Origin: Octopus sinensis
Lineage: Eukaryota
Assembly (NCBI RefSeq): GCF_006345805.1
Contig: NC_043017.1
Span: forward strand, 5,456,001 to 5,520,000
Length of the DNA: 64,000 bases
Direction of reading: 5' to 3'
Shown: positions 56,653 to 64,000 of the stretch, one piece after another
Layout of the letters: the number at the start of each line of letters is the position of its first letter
How positions within the stretch are numbered: position 1 is the first letter of the stretch
Position numbers and translations under genes: made by a program
Notes under the pieces: model-generated
Databases searched by the model: none
What the model was told of the DNA's origin: nothing
The model's input: only the letters and a program-made list of their open reading frames with translations

Positions 56653-57042
56653 TATATATATATGTGTGTGTGTGTATATATATGTATATATATATATGTA
56701 TATATATATGTATATATATGTATATGTCTATCTATCTGTATATATATATATAATGTATATATCTGTCTGTATATGTACACATATAGATACTGAGTGAGAG
56801 AGAGAGAGAGAGAGAGAAAGAGGGAGGGAGAGATGAATTTATATAAGTAATATATGCAAGAACAGATGCATATGCCAATAAATATGCCAGTACTGTCACA
56901 TTCAGTCATGAAAACTTTTCTCTATTGTATTGACTGAAGTGAGGAAACAAAAGTTCCCATTCCATGTTCTTCTAACCACAAGTTTCTTGAAGTAACATTT
57001 GATTTTATGAGAGATGTAAGCAGATGTCCAATGGTAAATATA

Positions 57043-57172
57043 TTATGCTGTCTCCTTCTGCTGAAGTCCAATAGGTGGACAAGTTAAGAGCCCTGTTGGT
57101 GGACTGTTCTGTTTCTCCAGCTTGACAGTTAAGTTCAATGGGGCATCAATATGTTTTGGTTCCTTTGGAATA
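57043..57172 (-). CDS. Terminal coding exon of the minus-strand gene (candidate E75/NR1D-like nuclear receptor tail)
   Basis: Acceptor TTTTTTTTTTCAG|T is phase 2 and matches the phase-2 donor of the upstream exon. Encodes SIPKEPKHIDAPLNLTVKLEKQNSPPTGLLTCPPIGLQQKETA*. Confidence 0.8.
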
Positions 57173-57513
57173 CTGAAAAAAAAAAGACAAGAAAATGGAA
57201 GTTGTAGCAATTTTTTGGAAGAAACCATTGTCGGGATTTTAATTTCCCTATTAATATACATTTATAAAGCTTAAATGAATTAGTGAATTTGCTTTCTTAC
57301 AATGCCACTATGTATCTAACTGTCTGTCTGTATGTTAAGGATTATATATATACATACATATCTATATTTCTGTATGTATGCTTTTGTTATCAAAGTTGTA
57401 TATATTTTTGGGCATGAGTGAACATCTTTTACCTTTGCTACACCTGTGATATGTACCTATGAAATACATTTCTATGGACAAATAAAACCAAGTGTTATAT
57501 ATTAGTAACATAC

Positions 57514-59342
57514 CTTGAAGTAATAACAGAGGTCCTGTTGACTGTGGAGATTTGCTGTAAAGGTGCGATCTGTTGATTGTATCCGGTGAGCATGTGACCA
57601 GCAACTGGAGCCATTGGTGTATAGGAGTGGAGGAATGGTTGGTGATATCGGGATTGCGTTAACATTCCTGAGTAGCTCAGATTGGTAGGTGAAGCAGGAG
57701 AATGATGTTGTTGTGGTGGTGAATGTTGTGGCTTGTTACTAACACCACCACTACCACTCCCTGAAACACTACAACTGTCATCAGAGACTGAAGACAGCAC
57801 TTGGTTGGAGACTATAACAGGTGCATTATTAGTCATGTTGCTGGAATAGGGGATTTTTCCATCATTTGCACTTGGGTTGCCTAATACTATAACACTTCCA
57901 CACCTTGTTGCATTAGTCGACAAAGGTATGTCACCATTTATACTGCACTCTTTATTCAAATTTTCATAGCTATCCATTCGCTTTAATATTTTGTCCTTCA
58001 AGTTTGATACAGCCGCTGCGTGAACTTGGTAACGGTTGGATGAATTTTCACTAGCCATTCGTTTCTGTTCTTCAGGAGACATTGCAATATGAATATTTTG
58101 TTGACCACTCTGCGAGTACAAGTTGCCATTGGGTAAAGTAGAAAGATTAGAACGATAGCTGGAGATGCAATGGTTGGGTAAAACAGAAGTTGTAGTTGGT
58201 TCACTATGCAAACTATTCAATGTCTGGTTGCACATGCCGTTGCCTGAAGAAGGAGCAATACTAGCAGATGCATGCATATTTACAGGAATGCTGCCTGAAG
58301 ATATTTGGAAAGGATGAAACAACACAAATCTGGACGAGGTTTGGCTTGTGGGGTTAGGTGCTTGCAGATGAGCAAGCAGCTGTGGATGAGCTTCACCTGC
58401 TGAAAGTTTAGACTTGCTGCCAGAATTATTATATGAGGGAGTTGGTGTAAGGTTCTCTTTCTTAATTTCATTACAGTCTGTTGTTAAATAGCCAGAGTTG
58501 CGTTGATCATTCTGTTTCAGTTTTTGAGGAAGCAATTGTGATTGTTGTTGCTGTTGCTGCTGCTGCTGTTGAGAGTTTTGGTGATGATGAGGTGACATCT
58601 GCTGCTTCTGTTGCTGCTGATGCTGTTGAGGATGATGATGTGGTTGATGTAGTTGCTGTTGTGGTGGAGGTGGTGGTGGTGGTGGCGGCGGTGGCGGTGG
58701 TGGTTGCTGTTGAACTGTGTTAGGACTAAGCCTATTAGGTGAGATTGATTGATTGTAACTGTTAATCAAATTAGGTGCAATACTGTTTGAATTGCTGCCT
58801 GTTTCTCTTATATTATTGCTTGCATTGCTGTTAGTATTGTTACTAACACTGCTGATGCTGATGCTGCCATTGCTATTGCTGCTGGTGATATTATTGTTGT
58901 TATTGCAGTTGCTTGCATTGCTCAAGGTATTGTTTGGATTATTGTTTTTGATTGTGGAATGTGGTGGATGTTTCCGGAATTTGTCAAACTTTTTATGAAA
59001 TATTTCCTGTTCAGGGCATTCTGTGGTTTTTGTACTAGTTGACAAAGGGGACGTATTGAGATTGCTATTACTAATGCTGTTACTGTTGCTGTTGTTGCTA
59101 TTTGGAACACTGCTGGTGGTTGACAAAGATGATAATGATTGCCGACAACCTTCAGGTGAGCCAGATTTTGTCAATTGGTAATCTGCTACTGGCTTCTGAA
59201 CTTTTGTACTCATTCCACTGAGTGATTCAGGCTGATGACTAGCAGCTTCTGTAATCTGGAAATCGGGTTTTGGAATATAAGCATGAGGGGATGATCGCCG
59301 ATCAAAATATGCAAACTGTTCTAGCTCTGATCGTAGGTATCT
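57514..59342 (-). CDS. Large internal coding exon (1829 nt) of a transcription-regulator-like protein with Ser/Asn/Gln/Pro/His-rich tracts; candidate E75/Rev-erb (NR1D) F-domain
   Basis: 621-codon open frame; acceptor TTTTTCTCTTTACAG|AGA, donor AAG|GTATGT. Motifs HKKF, HPQLLAHLQAP, MSPEEQKR and SVITS. Coding status is strongly supported; family identity is about 0.55 and rests on recalled insect E75 motif order. Confidence 0.9.
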
Positions 59343-59725
59343 CTGTAAAGAGAAAAACAAAGGTAAAGAAATACAACTAAAATAAAACAGGGAACAGTAG
59401 GCACGAATGAAAAATATTTTACTGAAACAATTATCAATAGTATTAAATTTTCAATTTTTAAGAAGCAAAGTTTATGAGATTTTAAGATAAGTTAGTAGCA
59501 ATAGGATGAGATTTTGGCAAAGTCTAGGAATTTCTCTTTTTGCATACCAAACATTTTAATCGTATTATAATTGATTTTAAAATTATAATCTTTTATGTAT
59601 CAATACAATAAATAAGAATATGACACTGGAATTAGAACTTGAATCTCCAAAACACACACACACACACACAAACAATGCTTAAATAAATCTACTCAGGATA
59701 AATATTAAAAAAAAGGAACACTTGC

Positions 59726-60629
59726 AGGTGATTTGGTGACATCTGCTCCTGAGTGACATGTATCTTCTGTTTTCAGCAACTGATCAGTTGTCCTTGACAA
59801 GTCTGACGGATGAATGTCCACCAGCAAGGACTTCTTCCATGCATGAAGCCCATAAGAAGCTCCAACACTTCGTCGTCTCATGTCAGGGACCAAAAGATTT
59901 TGTGAGCTATCAATGGAAATACGATCCAGCTCCTGGAGGTGTTGTATATTGGTAGGTCGTGATGCCCGACCATCATGAAAGCTAAAGCAACGAGGTCGTG
60001 GGACATGGTCAATTCGTGGTGCCAAATCATCAGTGCCTGCAGAATCTGATCGTGGCCGTGAGTGTGGTGAACTCGGTGAAGAGCTATATTGGAAGTGTAA
60101 ATCTCGATCTGGCATAGGACTTCCACGAGAGCTGCTTGTGTTTGAGTCGACAGTAGCAATGGATACAAAGTCTCTGTTATTCAGATACTGTTGGTGTTCC
60201 TCTGGAATGGGACTGCTGGCTGCACTATTTGATATAGAAGGGGGTTTACTGTCACCATGGATAGCAGCACGCTTCTCAAGTCTGTCACTAAGTTTGCTCA
60301 CCACTTTAATTAGATTTTCACGGTCAAGAGTATAGGTCCTTCTCCGACTCACCACACTATCATCGACACGATGCAATTTTGAGCGTGGCACCGTGTCACG
60401 ATCCAGTGTATGGCATCTCTGTCGTGGTTGGTCAGAAATAAAATTATACCGGGACTCATCACGAAGAAACAGACCATACGGTGTCTGCAGAAAAACTTGC
60501 GATAATTGGTTGCTATTTTTTAAAGGCTGTTTCTGTGCAGTTAATAAATTGGGTTCAACATTAGCCCTCATTGGACAACTATCCAAGGGATTTGGCGTGC
60601 ACAATGAATCAGTACCACAGTTCATTTGG
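59726..60629 (-). CDS. Internal coding exon (~904 nt) of the same gene
   Basis: 318-codon complex open frame; acceptor TTTCATTTTCTAG|C is phase 2. The 3' boundary is inferred from a phase-0 GC donor CCT|GCAAGT; without splicing the frame stops at 59705. The 3' boundary is uncertain. Confidence 0.8.
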
Positions 60630-61317
60630 CTAGAAAATGAAAGAAAAAAATCAATTAACATTATAACAAAACAGTATGTATTCTAATCATAATTTGTAAG
60701 TAGACAAAACATCATTATAATTACAGATGCATTTCTAAGTACCTATTGTATTAATATGCAGAATGACAAAGAGAACAGGTCAAATGTATCTGTACCGAGT
60801 AATCCCACATTCCACTATGCTCACACAGTACTGCAGAACCATTTGATCAGCTATCTCTGACCTTGTATTTTCTCCATTCACAAGGTCTGACCAACAATTA
60901 TTCATCAATGAAAACTATTTTAACAGATAGCTTACAGCTTACAAAATAACCTTTTTTTTCACACAAGCTAAGAGCAGAATATACTTCTTATAATTTATTT
61001 AGACTTAGATATATATTCTGTGATTAAATCTTCTTGACAATAATTCAGTCTTGTTGTTAATACTCATTAAGAAGTAATGAGGCTCTAGTCATATTACAAA
61101 TTTTAATTTGTTGCAAAATTTGAAGCTTAGGCAGGAAATGTGGGGAGTGAGGATTCAACTGCTGCTCATTTGTTTTCTGGAGAAATAGAAATCACATTAG
61201 TATTTTAGTAACAGATTTATATATGTCATTTCCCTTTTTAAAAGACAATGGGTATGATTTGAAAGAGATTTGGTTAACATTTCTAGTAGGTCGAATAAAG
61301 ACTGGCTTGTTCTGTAG

Positions 61318-61625
61318 TGAAGGCATGTGGCTTAGTGGTTAGGGCATTCAGCTCTCATTCGTAAGGTCATGGGTTCAATTCTTGGTGGGACATTGTGTCC
61401 TTGAGTAAGACACTATTTCACATTGCTCCAATCTACTCGGCTGGCAAAAATGAGTCGTACCTGTAATTCAAAGGACTAGCCTTGTCACATTCTGTATCAC
61501 ATTGAGCCCCTGAAAACTACGTTAAGGGTATCTGTGTCTGTTGAGTGCTTGGCCACTTCCATGTTAATTCTATGAGCAGGTTGTTCTATTGATTAGATCG
61601 GGTGGAACCCTTATCAGAGTGCCAG
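61318..61625 (+). mobile_element. tRNA-derived SINE
   Basis: GGCATGTGGCTTAGTGGTTAGGGCATTC (A box)...GGGTTCAATTCTT (B box)...TGTGTCCTTGAGTAAGACACTATTTCAC. Confidence 0.8.
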
Positions 61626-61762
61626 TTTCCCAGTTAGTTTCTCTAAACTGTTAATGCTAAATAGACAGATATGGTAAGTTGAGTAACAGAAGAAGGGAAA
61701 GGAATGGAAAAAACCTAGCGAGTGGGAAGGTTATATATATTCTTGCTAGCCAAATTACGTAC

Positions 61763-61856
61763 CCGCATTCCGGCCGGACATCATCAACCTCCATATGTTG
61801 TTGTTCAGAACTAAATGTTTGTTCTTGCATGTCACAACTGTTTGACTTTTCTTCAG
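61763..61856 (-). CDS. 94-nt coding exon of the same gene
   Basis: Acceptor TTGTTTATTTCAG|CT (phase 1) and donor GG|GTACGT (phase 2, matching the acceptor at 60629, giving GGC=Gly). Encodes (A)EEKSNSCDMQEQTFSSEQQHMEVDDVRPEC(G). Confidence 0.7.
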
Positions 61857-63289
61857 CTGAAATAAACAAAAATGATAATAACAGAATCAGTTGTAAATAT
61901 TGTCAATAATTCAACCAAGCTAAGCTACTTCATATCTAAAGGTCAATAAAATAATTACCAATTCAGTACTGACGTTAATATATTTGCATATACCCATCCC
62001 TCAATATTGAGGTTTGTCCCTATTTGAGAAATCAATAAAAAAAAAAGGCCATCAGAGTATCATCAGTTTATCTTAATATATCAAAAGAAGTTTATAGTAA
62101 TTGTAATGAACCAGATGCGAAGGTGATTATTATAATGATAATGATGAAAAAGGATGGTAGATTGGCATCAATGTTAATACTTGAGTTAACTAGCATAAAT
62201 GCAGAGTTACATCACCATAAATGTTAGTATTCTCAGATCTTTATTTCAACAGTCACAAATAAATCTTAGGCAGACAAAGAAATGATCTCAGGGACAGTTT
62301 CTGCATGAAAACCAAGTGGTAACAGGCTTGGTATATAGTAAACAAAGAGATTTTGATAGATTAAAATTGCACCTATTTTCAAGAAAATTAATCAGTAGAA
62401 AATATGAAAAGAGAGGCGAAGACAACCCTAAATTATATTTGTTGATTGTCTCCCCTGCTTTCTAAACCCAACTTGATTAATAAACTTGATTCATTTGGGC
62501 ACTGCATCTAGCCAAATCCTATTTTTAATAAATTTTAGTTTTAAAATATTAGGATTATTTCTCCAGCATTTTTTGTTTATTAGAATTGATTATTAGGTTA
62601 ATGATACTTTCTCCTCACCACGACTGAAATTTTAATCAAATACCTTTCTAAAAGTATAATATCAAAAGTACCACTAGCCAACTTTACTACTAATTGATGC
62701 CACGAATGACAAAGCCAAACTTTGCCGAGTCCGAATTAGACAAAAGAAATTAAGTCATGAAACTGTTTCTATATTTCCCAAATGTTTACAATAAATTATT
62801 TTATTTCAATGATACCAAGCGTGTAAATCTTATACAGGGTTTCATGTCAGCAAACATGTTTTACAAATGACTTTTTTTTTCTTTCAATTACATACAAATA
62901 GTAATAGATATTTCTTTATAAATCCTTTCATTTAATTTAGTTATTTTATGAGAGTTAGAAATGTAAAAATAAGAATATCGTTAGCCGGAAGGGAAGTTAT
63001 AAAATATTATCCTGAGTTGCCTCCCATACAAATACAAGGAATATAAATGAAATAGACGTGGAAGGAGAATTATGATGAATTACAGGTCAAAATCTGAGAT
63101 ACTATAAATTGTCTGCCGCATATATACAATATAACAATAGGTAGTCTGATTACTCATATGCCATTGTGCACAAAGTTACCGATTAACATTACTGTGTGCA
63201 AATAAGGTGTAATAATGTTACATATCCTTCAACCTTTTTTCATTTACAGGAAAAAAAGTACTTGCACAATATATACAACACTATGACTG

Positions 63290-64000
63290 GGTATTGGAAC
63301 AGCTGCTCAACCACTCAAATGTGGAAGCGATATATCTCGACTTTGCAAAGGCCTATGTTAAAGTCGATCATGGAATGATATGTTACAAACTGCGTGATTT
63401 CATTATAGTTAGACAATTGGGAGAATGGCTTCATGACTTTCTGAAGGATAGAAGTCAGGTGGTAGTAGCCAATGGGGCCACCTCCAATGACACGCAAATA
63501 GTGAGCGGTGTTCCGCAAGGCATTGTTTGGGACCACTACTGTTCATAATGGCCCTCTCAGACATGCCCTCAACCACAGAGAGCCACGATCACAGGTTATG
63601 CAGATAATACAAAAGTCTCACAGATAATACAGAACTCTGAAGACACTATGCACCTGCAATGTGAGCTGAATGAAATATACAAGTGGACTGAAAAGAATAA
63701 CATGCAGTTTAATGCTGAAAAGTTTCAAGCCTTGTGCTATCAGCATGCAAAACTAAAGGCAATATCCATTCAATACACTGGACCTGGAGGGATTGCAATC
63801 CCAGAAGCACAGTCAGTGCGAGACCTGGGTATTTACATGAGTATTTACATGTGCATGTTGCTAAATTGGCAATGAAATGCAGGCGGCTGACGGATGGATT
63901 CTTAGAACTTTGAAAACAAGAAATCAGGAAACCATGATGGTTCTCTGGAGGACACTTGTCCTAAGCCACTTTGACTATTGCTCTCCGCTATGGTCACCAA
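63290..64000 (+). pseudogene. CR1/L2-type LINE reverse transcriptase fragment, frameshifted, runs off the window
   Basis: AIYLDFAKAY.KVDH...WLHDFLKDRSQ.V...SGVPQG, then GPLLFI, YADNTK and LQCELNEIYKWTEKNNMQFNAEKFQ...VRDLGI. Confidence 0.9.

Noticed and set aside
58481-58998. Plus-strand ORFs 58481..58723 and 58792..58998
   Set aside because: Antisense shadows of the poly-Q/P/S/N coding exon on the minus strand.
61318-61400. tRNA gene suggested by A and B boxes (also at 15.8 and 42.4 kb)
   Set aside because: No complete cloverleaf, and the head continues into a SINE body shared among copies.

Overview
This window is eukaryotic, AT-rich and repeat-dominated. The SINE, LINE and microsatellite content suggests a cephalopod, probably Octopus (inference, not proven). 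There are three zones. (1) 1-19.4 kb is relatively CpG-retaining and has no recognisable host gene. It holds tRNA-derived SINEs, MITEs, LINE fragments (RLE-type and RTE), a 19-bp minisatellite, a 199-bp SINE-derived tandem array, two diverged copies of an unclassified repeat, hammerhead-ribozyme-like relics typical of Penelope-like element ends, and many microsatellites. (2) About 19.4-37.5 kb is an ~18-kb strand-asymmetric degenerate (AAAC/AACC)n satellite with punctuation motifs and a ~5.25-kb higher-order period. It runs directly into a 5'-truncated, pseudogenised hAT transposase (37.5-39.4 kb). (3) About 37.5-64 kb is strongly CpG-depleted. It contains a 5'-truncated RTE LINE, SINEs, a CR1-like RT fragment, and the last four coding exons (~985 aa) of a minus-strand gene. 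The short motifs of that low-complexity tail are collinear with those I recall from the insect nuclear receptor E75 (NR1D/Rev-erb) F-domain, so the identity is a candidate only; the DBD/LBD exons were not found in the window. Almost all ORFs in the supplied track are microsatellite or satellite artefacts. All alignments and counts were done by eye; no database searches were run.
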